Shown: one piece after another, positions 47,342 through 57,495 of the stretch
Numbering within the stretch: the stretch's first letter is position 1
How the letters are laid out: every line of letters starts with the position of its first letter
Assembly: GCA_022563685.1 (NCBI GenBank)
Contig: JADFMY010000003.1
Location: 4,505 to 68,504 of the forward strand
From: Pseudomonadota bacterium
Lineage (GTDB): Bacteria; Pseudomonadota; Gammaproteobacteria; GCA-001735895
Length of the DNA stretch: 64,000 nucleotides
Direction: 5' to 3'
Notes under the pieces: generated by a model
The model's database searches: none
Told to the model about the DNA's origin: nothing
Seen by the model: only the letters and a program-made list of their open reading frames with translations
Translations under genes and position numbers: made by a program

Positions 47342-48826
47342 CTACTCTGACGCGGGATTATCCCGCGTCACCCGGAGCACTTCGTTCAGTGTTGTCTCGC
47401 CCTGTATGATCTTGCGAATGCCGTCTTCTCTCAATCCAGGACTCCGGGTGCGACAATAGCGCTCTATTTTCAACTGGCTTTTAGTATCGTGGATCATCGC
47501 CGCAAGCGCTTCATCGATCTCGATCATTTCATAGATTCCAGACCGGCCTTTGTACCCGGACTGCAAACAGCGTGAACACCCCATCGCCTGGTATATCGTA
47601 TCCTGTTCCCCGATACCATAATTGGCCAGTTCTTCCCTGTTTAATCTGATTTCGGTTTTACAGTGCACACAAACACGGCGTACCAGGCGCTGCGAAATCA
47701 CACCCACCAAGGTCGACGACAGAAGAAACGGTTCGACCCCCATATCCTGGAGGCGCGTGATCGCACCCACCGCCGAATTGGTATGCAGGGTCGATAATAC
47801 CAAGTGGCCGGTAAGACTCGCCTGTACGGCGATCTGCGCCGTTTCGCTATCGCGTATTTCACCCACCATCACCACGTCAGGGTCCTGTCGCAGTATCGCG
47901 CGCAGTCCCTTCGCGAAAGTCATATCCACTTTGGCGTTGACGGGCGTCTGGCCGATACCATCGAGGTCGTATTCAATCGGATCTTCGACCGTGAGGATAT
48001 TACGTTTGGTGTCGTTCAAAGCCGTGAGCATCGCGTAAAGCGTAGTCGTCTTTCCCGAACCGGTCGGCCCGGTAACCAGGATAATACCGTGCGGTTTCTG
48101 GATCATCTGATCAACCCGATGTCGATCCGTGTCGGACATCCCGAGCTGCAATAAATCCAGTCGTCCCGCCTGCTTGTCGAGAATCCTCATCACAACGCGT
48201 TCCCCGTGACCCGAAGGCAGGGTCGAAACTCGAATATCGACCGGCCGATTGGCCACCTTGAGCGCAATTCGTCCATCCTGCGGCAAGCGTTTTTCGGCAA
48301 TATCGAGTTGAGCCATAACCTTGATTCGAGAACACAGCAGGCTGGCAATCTGGCGCGGGGGTTCGAGTACCTCGCGCAATTCGCCGTCTACCCTGAAGCG
48401 AATCGACAACCGGGTTTCAAACGGCTCGATGTGAATATCGGAGGCATTTTCCTTGATTGCTTCGGTAATCAAGGCGTTGATCAGGCGAATAATCGGCGCA
48501 TCGTCGTCGCTTTCGAGTAAATCCTCCGGTTCGGCCAGCTCTCGTGCAACCTCGTCGAGATTGAGTTCACCACCAATTTTCTGCGCTTCGTTAAACGAAG
48601 TTTCGCGATTCTTTTCAAAATGATGGCTCAATAATCGATTGAATTCCTGATCGTTCTCCACCGAGATACTGTCAACCAGCCCTAATAGACGTTGAGCCTC
48701 GGCAATCGCATGGACCGGTGTCTCCTTACGCGTAATCAAACTGAGCTTCCCATCCGATGAAGCCGTCCAGGCGACGACTCCGAATCGTTTGCAAAAAGAA
48801 TAAGGTAGTTCGGTTGCTGCTGACAT
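47342..48826 (-). CDS. gspE: Type II secretion ATPase GspE
   Basis: Walker A GPTGSGKTT, LRQDPD, TGHLVLSTLHTN, CxxC...CxxC zinc motif. Confidence 0.96.
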   Translation of the reverse strand: MSAATELPYSFCKRFGVVAWTASSDGKLSLITRKETPVHAIAEAQRLLGLVDSISVENDQEFNRLLSHHFEKNRETSFNEAQKIGGELNLDEVARELAEPEDLLESDDDAPIIRLINALITEAIKENASDIHIEPFETRLSIRFRVDGELREVLEPPRQIASLLCSRIKVMAQLDIAEKRLPQDGRIALKVANRPVDIRVSTLPSGHGERVVMRILDKQAGRLDLLQLGMSDTDRHRVDQMIQKPHGIILVTGPTGSGKTTTLYAMLTALNDTKRNILTVEDPIEYDLDGIGQTPVNAKVDMTFAKGLRAILRQDPDVVMVGEIRDSETAQIAVQASLTGHLVLSTLHTNSAVGAITRLQDMGVEPFLLSSTLVGVISQRLVRRVCVHCKTEIRLNREELANYGIGEQDTIYQAMGCSRCLQSGYKGRSGIYEMIEIDEALAAMIHDTKSQLKIERYCRTRSPGLREDGIRKIIQGETTLNEVLRVTRDNPASE

Positions 48827-48853
48827 AAGATTAGAACTCTAGAAAAAAACGCA

Positions 48854-48904
48854 TCACAAGCAGAATCGCCATTCGCCGTCGATATACATCTGGTAGTGCT
48901 TCAT
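48854..48904 (-). pseudogene. 16-codon remnant resembling an aldehyde dehydrogenase N-terminus
   Basis: ATG at 48904 gives MKHYQMYIDGEWRFCL*; the YIDGEW start is typical of ALDHs. Purine-rich RBS-like sequence upstream. Confidence 0.4.
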
Positions 48905-49099
48905 GGGGGTCTTCCCGTCTACTGTCTTTGTAGTATTTGATCATTGCAAGTTTCTACGCCCCTTATTCTATAGCTAGATCGGAGGGGTGTCCTCGATTTT
49001 TTCCACCTCAGGCTTGAATTTACCGGGGTTTCGAACCGACCTCGAATCCTGCTTGCGCGCCATCTGCAGAGATTCAATAAAACAGTTATCCCTATACTA

Positions 49100-49729
49100 T
49101 CAGGCGGGTTTGCTCGATCGCTCAGAGGATCTGGATTCGAACCATTTATTAATATTGACCCGCTGGAGTAATAAGATTCCGGCTATCACCGCATAGATTC
49201 CGGGCTCAAGGTAATCAGCCTTGACTAGCCACAGAAAATGCAACACACCGAGCAGGACAATCAGGTAAGTCAGTCGATGCAATTTCTTCCAGCCCTTGCC
49301 CAGCCGTCTGACCATCGCCTGATTGGAAGTAGCTGCTAACGGGATTAGCAGCACGAAAGCACTAAACCCCAGGGTGATATAAGGGCGTTTGATAATGTCT
49401 TCCAGCATCTCGGAAAAATCGAACGAGTGATCGGCGACGAACCATATCAGGAAGTGACAAAAAGCATAAAAGAATACATAGAGCCCCAACATGCGCCTGA
49501 AACGCAGCAATAGGGTCCATCCAAACCACTGTCTCAAGGGCGAAATGGCAAGCGTGATTAACAATAAACGCAGGGTCCAGTCGCCGATATCTCGGGTAAT
49601 CGTTTCAATCGGATTGGCGCCCAGATCTCCATAGAAAATTCGCCATACCAGGCTCGAAATCGGAACCAGACACAGAATAAACAGTACTGGCCTGGCAAAT
49701 CTCGACCTAAGCACTTGTGACGATTCCAT
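49100..49729 (-). CDS. msrQ: Protein-methionine-sulfoxide reductase heme subunit
   Basis: LGANP, RRMLGL..FFY...H, KRPYIT.G, LAATS, WKKLHRL.Y, LHF.W. Confidence 0.94.
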   Translation of the reverse strand: MESSQVLRSRFARPVLFILCLVPISSLVWRIFYGDLGANPIETITRDIGDWTLRLLLITLAISPLRQWFGWTLLLRFRRMLGLYVFFYAFCHFLIWFVADHSFDFSEMLEDIIKRPYITLGFSAFVLLIPLAATSNQAMVRRLGKGWKKLHRLTYLIVLLGVLHFLWLVKADYLEPGIYAVIAGILLLQRVNINKWFESRSSERSSKPA

Positions 49730-49741
49730 ATTTAGGTGCCC

Positions 49742-50683
49742 TTAATAATTCGCTCTCAAATCCATGTCATTGTACAGGTGCGCCACTTCCTCTCCATAGC
49801 CATTGAACATCAGGGTTTTACGCTTGAATATATCACCTATGCGGCGTTCCTTTTTTTGCGACCAGCGCGGGTGATCGACGGCCGGGTTAACATTGGAGTA
49901 AAACCCATACTCGCGCGGATTCGATATATTCCAGGTCGTTTCCGGTTGTTGCTCGACAAAGTCGATGCTGACAATCGACTTGATACTCTTGAATCCATAT
50001 TTCCAGGGTATCACGAGCCGAACAGGCGCACCGTTCTGATTTGGCATGGTTTTGCCATACATACCAACTGCGAGCAGGGTGAGTGGATTCGTGGCTTCGT
50101 CTAGGCGCAGCCCTTCCCGGTATGGCCAGCGTAACACACTGCGATTTTGCCCAGGCATGCGCAGTGGATCGTGCAGGGTTTTGAAGGCCACATATTTTGC
50201 CTTCGATGTCGGTTGCAACGATTTGATAATAGACTCCAGCGGCACACCCAGCCAGGGAATAACCATCGACCAGGCCTCGACACAGCGCAGACGGTAAACT
50301 CTTTCTTCGATCTCAAAGGGCCTGACCAGGTCTTCCAGCGAATATTCACCCGGTTTTTCGCATTCACCACCCACGGTAATCTTCCAGTCGTCGGTGTTAA
50401 AATCCTTTGCGTATCTGGCTGGATCGGTTTTGCCGGTACCAAACTCGTAAAAATTATTGTAACGGGTGACATCGTCTTCCGGCGTCATCTCTTCATCGAG
50501 GGTTATCACGTTTTTCCGATAGTCGCCGATACGCAGTGAAGCGCCAGCCGTCAACCACGGATTGAGCAGCAAAGTGGTACCGATCATACTTGACGCCTTC
50601 ATGAATTCACGGCGCTTATGATAAATCGACTCAGGCGTAATATCCGATGCTGGAATATCCGACGCTTTTCTTATTTTAATCAC
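49742..50683 (-). CDS. msrP: Protein-methionine-sulfoxide reductase catalytic (Mo) subunit
   Basis: Tat signal KRREFMK, YNNFYEFG, RCVEAWSM, QNGAP.RL..PWKYGFKS, EYGFYSNVNP. Confidence 0.96.
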   Translation of the reverse strand: MIKIRKASDIPASDITPESIYHKRREFMKASSMIGTTLLLNPWLTAGASLRIGDYRKNVITLDEEMTPEDDVTRYNNFYEFGTGKTDPARYAKDFNTDDWKITVGGECEKPGEYSLEDLVRPFEIEERVYRLRCVEAWSMVIPWLGVPLESIIKSLQPTSKAKYVAFKTLHDPLRMPGQNRSVLRWPYREGLRLDEATNPLTLLAVGMYGKTMPNQNGAPVRLVIPWKYGFKSIKSIVSIDFVEQQPETTWNISNPREYGFYSNVNPAVDHPRWSQKKERRIGDIFKRKTLMFNGYGEEVAHLYNDMDLRANY

Positions 50684-50709
50684 AATACCTACCCTATTGA
50701 GTGGCTTAC

Positions 50710-50735
50710 TAGACCGTTATCGGGGCAATTAGTTC
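50710..50735 (-). promoter_or_regulatory. Candidate sigmaE/ECF-type promoter for msrPQ
   Basis: Minus strand GAACT-N16-GTCTA, 26 bp upstream of the msrP start. Confidence 0.45.
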
Positions 50736-51040
50736 TCTCTATAGAAATCGGGTTCTAACAAACGAGATCCCTAAAAGAACATCATTGCTATTCTCCTGCA
50801 CCGGTTTGACCATAACTTGTTGGTCTCAAACAACTATCTATAATCGTACCAACTGTTGAAGTGATCCCTAAAATGATCAATTTCGATCGTTCGGTTCGGC
50901 AAACTGTTCACAGAATGCTCGCGCCTCGTTGGTTAGACTGAGGTCGGTGGGATAGCGCAACCTAGACACAGGTTTTTTATGGTAATGAGCCGCTTCCTGG
51001 TGTACCATTAAACCCTATTTACAGTGATTTAACCTTTAAT

Positions 51041-51053
51041 AATCAATAAGTTA
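51041..51053 (+). promoter_or_regulatory. IHF consensus site
   Basis: AATCAATAAGTTA matches WATCAANNNNTTR in the AT-rich intergenic region. Confidence 0.4.
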
Positions 51054-51308
51054 CACTTATTTAGGAGACTTTAACACCTTAGAATTTGATAATCACTTGT
51101 GACCGATATACCCCTTTTTTTCAATCATTGAACCGTGGGTTGCCGGCTATGTGCCGACCACCGCTGGAGTATGACCGACCAGGGATGAAATTGCGGTGCC
51201 GATAGCAGGTCTCTCCAATTCAACGGATTCATCGCTTATCGGCATAATTTCGCCTGGCGGCTCTCGAAAAGTACAATTCATGGCAGAAAACATCAGGAGG
51301 GCTGGCAA

Positions 51309-52658
51309 ATGTACCATCAAGATTACCCCGCCGAATCCGTCGCAGGATCGCCAGCGAGTCTGACTGCTCATGTACCCGGATTTCTATGCTGGTTTTCGAT
51401 AACTATTGCATCGATATTTAATACGCAGGCTATCGCCGGTCCAGACGCCGATTTACGCCTGCTCTCTACTCAGTTAAGTCCTCCGCACGAGGCTCGCGCC
51501 ATGCGCGATGAAATTCTATCGGATTTTTCCCAGCAGGTTGTGTTTCAGGCCTATTCCATGGAAAAAATTTTCCAGTTGCTGGTTCTCGCCAGGGAAAGTC
51601 AGGGAGCTCGAACCGATGTAGTAGGTGCGCTGCATGGTGATTTTGCATCGCTCTCTCAGTTCGATATTTTCAGTCCTGTGGGCCATTTGCTGGAATCGCT
51701 TGGCCCTCAGCGCTTTGTTGGAAGCCACCTTGCGCTGGGGCGGATGAAATCACCACAGCAGAAATTTATTCCATGGATGCAGGCGACTTACCTGATGGTA
51801 GCTAATCGTCGGGCACTGAAGCATCTACCGGATAATGTCGATCTCAATCATTTGAGCTACGCGCAATTGCGCGAATGGGCGGAAAACATGAGGCGGGAAG
51901 CAGGCAGGCCTAAGCTCGGTTTTCCTGCCGGTTCTGGTGGTTTAATGCATCGATTTTTCCAGGGCTATCTGTATCCGTCGTATACGGCGAGTACGGTAAC
52001 CGGATTTAAAAGTGCTGAAGCCCGCCTGATGTGGCGCGAATTTCGCGAATTGTGGCTTCAGGTCAATAAACGCTCGCTCACCTATGCACGCATGGACAAA
52101 GCGCTATTGGCGGAAGAGGTTTGGGTCGCCTGGGATCATACAGCACGGCTTTCCCGTGCTCTTCAGGAGCGCCCCGAGGATTTTATTGCTTTTCCGTCAC
52201 CGGTTGGACCGCGTGGCCGGGGTTTCATGCTCGTTTTGGCGGGGCTCGCCATACCGCGTGATACGGCGTCTCCCGAAACCGCGGAGTCATTAATCGAGTA
52301 TTTAACCCGGACAGACACCCAGATTAAAACATTAGAGAATGTCGGCTTTTTCCCCACTGTAACTATTCCCGCCGAAACCAAGACAACCCCAGGTATTACC
52401 TCATTACAAGAAGCGGTCGCAATGCAAAGTGGCGCGCAAAATTCGGTCATGACATTATTTCCGGTCGGCTTGAAAAATGATGCCCGCGCTTTCAATCTGG
52501 CCTATATGGGTGCATTTTCCGGAATCGTATTACGAGGGCGAGACATAGCCACAGTGCTGGAAGAGCAGGCGGGAAAAATCAATCGATTACTTCGGAAAAA
52601 TAATATTTCCTGCTGGCTTCCAGACCCTGAGGGGCCTCCGCCCTGCCAGGCTGATTAG
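51309..52658 (+). CDS. Orphan ABC-type (sugar-like) solute-binding protein, coupled to a sensor kinase
   Basis: LLSTQLSP..EA..MR, FIPWMQATY, GFPAG.GGL.HRFFQG, VWVAWDH.AR, GFFP. No permease or ATPase adjacent; start uncertain. Confidence 0.75.
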   Translation: MYHQDYPAESVAGSPASLTAHVPGFLCWFSITIASIFNTQAIAGPDADLRLLSTQLSPPHEARAMRDEILSDFSQQVVFQAYSMEKIFQLLVLARESQGARTDVVGALHGDFASLSQFDIFSPVGHLLESLGPQRFVGSHLALGRMKSPQQKFIPWMQATYLMVANRRALKHLPDNVDLNHLSYAQLREWAENMRREAGRPKLGFPAGSGGLMHRFFQGYLYPSYTASTVTGFKSAEARLMWREFRELWLQVNKRSLTYARMDKALLAEEVWVAWDHTARLSRALQERPEDFIAFPSPVGPRGRGFMLVLAGLAIPRDTASPETAESLIEYLTRTDTQIKTLENVGFFPTVTIPAETKTTPGITSLQEAVAMQSGAQNSVMTLFPVGLKNDARAFNLAYMGAFSGIVLRGRDIATVLEEQAGKINRLLRKNNISCWLPDPEGPPPCQAD

Positions 52659-52660
52659 CC

Positions 52661-54784
52661 GTGAGAAAAGCATTCATCCAGTCGTTTCTCACCATTATGA
52701 TTATCATAATGGTCGTGCTCAGCGTGCAGCTAGGACAGGAAATTTACAAATGGTCGTCGTTGAAGCGACTGGAGGCTTCGATACCGCTAGCCGAGTTAGA
52801 GCAAAGTATGGCATTGTCCGATGTTATATTCAGCTTAAACCAACTGAATCGTGCGCTGGACCAGGTCTATATCGATGCGAGCGATTCTAACAATCAGGCG
52901 CTGCAAATAGCACTCGACGTCGCATTTTCGACGATGACCGAACACGATCTTGTGTCGGGACCAGGATTCGATACGGACTTATATGCCGCGCGCGAGGAAC
53001 TGCGGCAAATTATCGATAAGTTGTCTGCTCAGCTGATTTCCGAAGAGGGTTTAGATGCGCATGAGTTATCGTTGCTGATTGCAAGGTATAACGAGGCGAT
53101 GGCGCCATACACTCAAAGCTATTTTGAAAAAAACGAGGGCGTTCGGACTCGTTTGGCGCAACTAACCAACAAAATCTCTCAAATGAGCGATGTGGCGTTA
53201 TTAACGTCCGTGTTACTGGTGGTATTGATGTTGTTCATCACATTGATCTGGTGGTTACGTCAACGCACCTCGATACAGTTAAAGCAAGTCAAGCAGGAGA
53301 AGCTCAAATCAGAGACTATCCTTCGCGCTGCACTCGATCATGCACCGGCGGGAATTTATATTAAAGATTTGGAGGGGCGCTACCTTCTGTGCAATCGTAC
53401 GTTTTGCGAATGGCACAAAATTCAGTTGGAACAGCTACTTGGCAAAACCGCCCACGATCTCTTTTCACCAGAGAAAGCGAGGCTGTTTTCTGAAAAGGAC
53501 GAAGAATGTCGTGAAACCAGGACGGTAATTGAGCACGAATCTGAAATTGATTTCCCGGGCGATACCTTAAAATCGGAGTATACGATCAGGTTTCCCATCT
53601 TGGGCGACGATGGAGAACTGCTGGGGACTGGCGGTATCGATGTTGACATAACGCAAAGAAAACAGGCTGAAATCGAACTGGAGGAAAGCCACAACCGGTT
53701 CATGGCGCTCGCCGATAACCTGCCCGAGTTCATTACCCTGAAAGATAAGAGCGGCGTATTCCTGTTTGTTAATAAGCGATTCGAAGAGTGGACAAATATG
53801 AAGCGTGAAGACACGGTGGGAAAATTAGTTCACGATATTTATCCCGAGGAGCAGGCCACCGAATTTCAAATACTCGATCGTAAAGTGATACGCAGTGGAA
53901 AGATTCTTAGCCGTGAAGTAGATCTCAGTTACCCGGACGGGAACACCCGTAGCGTAATCAGCACCCGTTTTCCAGTGCTCTCGACCACAGGCGAAGTACT
54001 TGGCCTGGGTACGATTAATCACGACATCACCGAGCGTAAACAACATGAAGAAGAATTAAGAATCGCCAAGGAGAAAGCGGAGGTGGCAGATCGACTAAAA
54101 TCGACTTTTCTCGCAACCATGTCACACGAATTGCGAACCCCGTTAAATTCTATCATCGGCTTTACCGGCGTCCTTTTGCAAGGTTTGACCGGGGAATTAA
54201 ATGACGAACAATTGAAGCAGTTGGGTATGGTAAAGATGAGTGCAAGGCATTTACTGGCACTGATCAACGATATACTGGACCTGTCTAAAATCGAGGCTGG
54301 ATCGCTGGAGGCTGAGTCATTGCCATTTGATCTACAGGCTGCGGTGGACAACTCTATAGCAGTGGTTACACCGGCCGCCGAAAGTAAATCTTTAGCTGTG
54401 GTTTCGAGAATGACTGGCGAGATTGGCGTTATTTACAGTGACCGTCGCCGGGTTGAACAAATAATACTCAACCTTTTGAGTAATGCGATAAAATTTTCCG
54501 AGCAGGGTGAAGTAATAGTCGAGTGCCGCAAGGGTGATGGGAATATACTGATCGAAGTCTCGGACCAGGGGATAGGAATAAAGGAAGCTGATCTACAGCA
54601 CCTGTTTAAACCATTTAGCCAACTGGATCAAAGAATTGCCGCGAGACAATACCAGGGAACCGGACTTGGGCTGGCGCTCAGTCGAAAACTGGCGCGTATT
54701 CTGGGTGGCGATTTAGAGGTTAAAAGTGACTGGGGTAAAGGAAGTGTGTTTACATTGAGCCTGCCAGCTATATTATCAGGATGA
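52661..54784 (+). CDS. Membrane histidine kinase (periplasmic domain, two PAS, HisKA, HATPase)
   Basis: Two TMs, two PAS/PAC ending in DIT, FLATMSHELRTPLN, NLLSNAIKF, DQGIGI, GTGLGL. Confidence 0.93.
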   Translation: MRKAFIQSFLTIMIIIMVVLSVQLGQEIYKWSSLKRLEASIPLAELEQSMALSDVIFSLNQLNRALDQVYIDASDSNNQALQIALDVAFSTMTEHDLVSGPGFDTDLYAAREELRQIIDKLSAQLISEEGLDAHELSLLIARYNEAMAPYTQSYFEKNEGVRTRLAQLTNKISQMSDVALLTSVLLVVLMLFITLIWWLRQRTSIQLKQVKQEKLKSETILRAALDHAPAGIYIKDLEGRYLLCNRTFCEWHKIQLEQLLGKTAHDLFSPEKARLFSEKDEECRETRTVIEHESEIDFPGDTLKSEYTIRFPILGDDGELLGTGGIDVDITQRKQAEIELEESHNRFMALADNLPEFITLKDKSGVFLFVNKRFEEWTNMKREDTVGKLVHDIYPEEQATEFQILDRKVIRSGKILSREVDLSYPDGNTRSVISTRFPVLSTTGEVLGLGTINHDITERKQHEEELRIAKEKAEVADRLKSTFLATMSHELRTPLNSIIGFTGVLLQGLTGELNDEQLKQLGMVKMSARHLLALINDILDLSKIEAGSLEAESLPFDLQAAVDNSIAVVTPAAESKSLAVVSRMTGEIGVIYSDRRRVEQIILNLLSNAIKFSEQGEVIVECRKGDGNILIEVSDQGIGIKEADLQHLFKPFSQLDQRIAARQYQGTGLGLALSRKLARILGGDLEVKSDWGKGSVFTLSLPAILSG

Positions 54785-55176
54785 AATCGGTGGTAAGCAA
54801 TAAAATTCTGATTATTGAGGATAACGAACAAAACCTCTACCTGGAGACTTATTTACTCGAAAATAGTGGTTACCAGGTGATAGCGGCGAGAGACGGGCCG
54901 GAAGCGATACAGCTGGCTGAGAGGGTTAATGCGGATATTATTTTGCTGGACATTCAGTTACCCGGGATGGATGGATTCGCAGTATTAAAAGCGATAAAAA
55001 AAATACCTCGCATTGCCGATGTACCTGTAATTGCTGTTACCTCCCACGCGATGACTGGCGACAGGGAACGAATCCTTGCAGCCGGATGTGTCGACTACAT
55101 CGAAAAACCCATCGACCCGGAAATCTTTGTTGCGCAAATCGAAAAGTATTTGCCCACACGGACAGACCATGAATAG
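54781..55176 (+). CDS. Single-domain response regulator (DivK/CheY-like)
   Basis: ILIIEDN, LLDIQLPGMDG, AVTS, YIEKP. Confidence 0.92.
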   Translation: MKSVVSNKILIIEDNEQNLYLETYLLENSGYQVIAARDGPEAIQLAERVNADIILLDIQLPGMDGFAVLKAIKKIPRIADVPVIAVTSHAMTGDRERILAAGCVDYIEKPIDPEIFVAQIEKYLPTRTDHE

Positions 55177-57406
55177 CCGAAGAAAGATTCGTGTACTCGT
55201 AGTGGACGATGACGAGCAAAATCGATATCTGCTACAGTTGTTGTTAAAGAACCGTAGTTACGCGGTAGAGGTCGCGCGCGATGGCAGCGAAGCCTTGAAG
55301 CTGGCCCGCGCCAGGGTGCCGGATTTAGTCATCAGCGATATCCTCATGCCAGTGATGGACGGGTTTAAACTATGCCAGGAATGGCGTGCAGATCCTGATC
55401 TAAAAAAGCAACCATTTATTTTCTATACAGCTACCTATACTGATCCAAAAGACGAAAAATTTGCCCTAAACCTGGGCGCTAACCGATTTATTGTCAAACC
55501 CAAGGATCCCGAAGAACTCATAGCTCTTATTGTTGAAGTGCTGGAACAGCAAGAGCGTGGGGAGTTAAGCAGCGGTTCAACGACGACCACTCAGAAACGC
55601 GTCTTATTGAAGGAGTATAACGCGGCCCTGGTGCGCAAGCTCGAAGACAAAATGCTGCAACTAAAGAAGACCCGTAGCCAACTCGAAAACAAGATTGGGG
55701 AGCTGGAATCTAGCGGACTTATTCTCGAGGAAAACAAACGCCGGTTTCGTGATTTTGCCGAGATAGCAGCCGACTGGTTTTTCGAAACCAGTAGCGATTT
55801 AAAAATACGCACTGTGTCGCAAAGATATGAGACCGTTACCGGTTTTACCGACAAGGATATAGTCGGCAAACCACTCATTGAATACCTCAGTGCGAGTAGT
55901 GCAAGTTCTCTACCGCAACCAGTCATTAGTCAACTCGAGCAAAATTTGCCGACAGACGAGTTCGAATGTGCACAAAAAACAAAAAATGGTAAGGAATTGA
56001 TATTGAGATATCGTGGCAAACCTTTCTTTGACGGCGAGGATCGCTTAATTGGCTACCGATTTGTCGCTCGGGACATTACCGCCTCTTATTTATTATCTAA
56101 AAAAATATCTCACCAGGCTGCCCACGATGCACTCACGGGATTGGTAAACCGTTGGGAATTTGATCGTCGATTGCATAGATTACTCACTGGATTAGATTCT
56201 AACTCCGAGCATGTGCTTTGCTATCTCGATGTCGATCAATTCAAGATTGTCAATGATATTAGTGGCCATATCGTTGGAGACGGGGTTCTCAAACAACTGG
56301 CAAACGTGCTAGCAAAATGCGTTCGCGAAAGGGATACCCTGGCGCGACTCGGGGGAGACGAGTTTGCAATTTTAATGGAGCATTGCACGCTAGAACAGGC
56401 AACTCGGGTAGCTGAAAAAGCACGTGACGCCATTAGAAATTATCTTTTCCAATTCGATAAAAGAAAATTTGACATAACCGTGAGCATAGGTGTAGTTGAT
56501 ATATCTCAATTAGGCAGCAACTATTCCGATGTGCTCAGTGCCGCCGATGCCGCCTGTTATGCAGCCAAGGAACGCGGTGGTGATAGTGTTTACATTTATC
56601 AGCACGACGATGCAGATATCGAACGCCGCCATGGTGACATGAAATGGACTAATAGAATAAACCACGCGCTGAACAACGATCGATTTATACTTTATGCGCA
56701 AACTATCGTCCCCGTCATAGAGTCCGAGAGGGAGGACAAACGATACGAAATATTGATTCGCATGATCGACCAGGAAGGTGAACTGGTGCTACCCGGACAT
56801 TTTTTACCCGCAGCCGAAAAGTATAATTTGATGCAGAAAATAGACCGCTGGGTCATTGAAACGCTGTTTAGCTGGTTAGCGCACGATTCAGAGCAGCCTG
56901 GACGGAAACCGATATTTTCAATTAATTTATCCGGAAATTCACTCGGTAATAACGAATTATTATCGTATTTGCTCGATCAATTTTCTCACCGTATCGATCC
57001 TCGACAAATTTGTTTTGAGATAACAGAAACGTTAGCCGTAGAAAATTATTTTCAGGCGAATGATTTTATTGCCAGGTTAAGAAAACTGGGTTGCCAGTTT
57101 GCCATTGACGATTTCGGTAGTGGTGTCTGTTCGTTTGCCTATTTGATCGAGCTCGAATTTGACTACGTCAAGATTGATGGAATATTTATACGGGATATCT
57201 GTGAGAATCCGATTAAAAAGGCGGTGGTAAAGTCAATCAATGAAATAGGTCACGTAATGGGTAAAAAAACCGTTGCCGAGTATGTCGAAAGTGACCCAAT
57301 TCGGCAAGTCATCGAGGAAATTGGCGTTGATTATGCGCAAGGTTACGCTATTGGATGCCCGCAGCCTTTAAGCGAAATTTCCAGCTCCAATCTAGGGAAC
57401 CTCTGA
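55169..57406 (+). CDS. REC-PAS-GGDEF-EAL c-di-GMP enzyme
   Basis: REC (VVDDD, ISDILMP), PAS, HDALTGL, intact ARLGGDEF, EIL.R, IDDFGSG, KIDG, AEYVE, QGY. Probable start MNSRRK at 55169. Confidence 0.92.
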   Translation: MNSRRKIRVLVVDDDEQNRYLLQLLLKNRSYAVEVARDGSEALKLARARVPDLVISDILMPVMDGFKLCQEWRADPDLKKQPFIFYTATYTDPKDEKFALNLGANRFIVKPKDPEELIALIVEVLEQQERGELSSGSTTTTQKRVLLKEYNAALVRKLEDKMLQLKKTRSQLENKIGELESSGLILEENKRRFRDFAEIAADWFFETSSDLKIRTVSQRYETVTGFTDKDIVGKPLIEYLSASSASSLPQPVISQLEQNLPTDEFECAQKTKNGKELILRYRGKPFFDGEDRLIGYRFVARDITASYLLSKKISHQAAHDALTGLVNRWEFDRRLHRLLTGLDSNSEHVLCYLDVDQFKIVNDISGHIVGDGVLKQLANVLAKCVRERDTLARLGGDEFAILMEHCTLEQATRVAEKARDAIRNYLFQFDKRKFDITVSIGVVDISQLGSNYSDVLSAADAACYAAKERGGDSVYIYQHDDADIERRHGDMKWTNRINHALNNDRFILYAQTIVPVIESEREDKRYEILIRMIDQEGELVLPGHFLPAAEKYNLMQKIDRWVIETLFSWLAHDSEQPGRKPIFSINLSGNSLGNNELLSYLLDQFSHRIDPRQICFEITETLAVENYFQANDFIARLRKLGCQFAIDDFGSGVCSFAYLIELEFDYVKIDGIFIRDICENPIKKAVVKSINEIGHVMGKKTVAEYVESDPIRQVIEEIGVDYAQGYAIGCPQPLSEISSSNLGNL

Positions 57407-57490
57407 ATAATTCATCCATGAATTCTCAGAGGACGACAAACGAAAAATGTGATTTTCATTTGTCTCACAAAATCAATGCCTTAGCGGCAT
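57396..57490. mobile_element. Truncated copy (one end) of the IS5-like MITE
   Basis: 57393-57490 is the reverse complement of 10013-10110 with one mismatch. Preceded by CTAG; contains IHF consensus AATCAATGCCTTA at 57471-57483. Confidence 0.8.
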
Positions 57491-57495
57491 TAGAA

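Noticed and set aside
50740-51300. Moco riboswitch, tRNA or sRNA in the long msrP intergenic region
   Set aside because: No recognisable conserved motif or cloverleaf by eye. A covariance-model search would be needed, so nothing is claimed.
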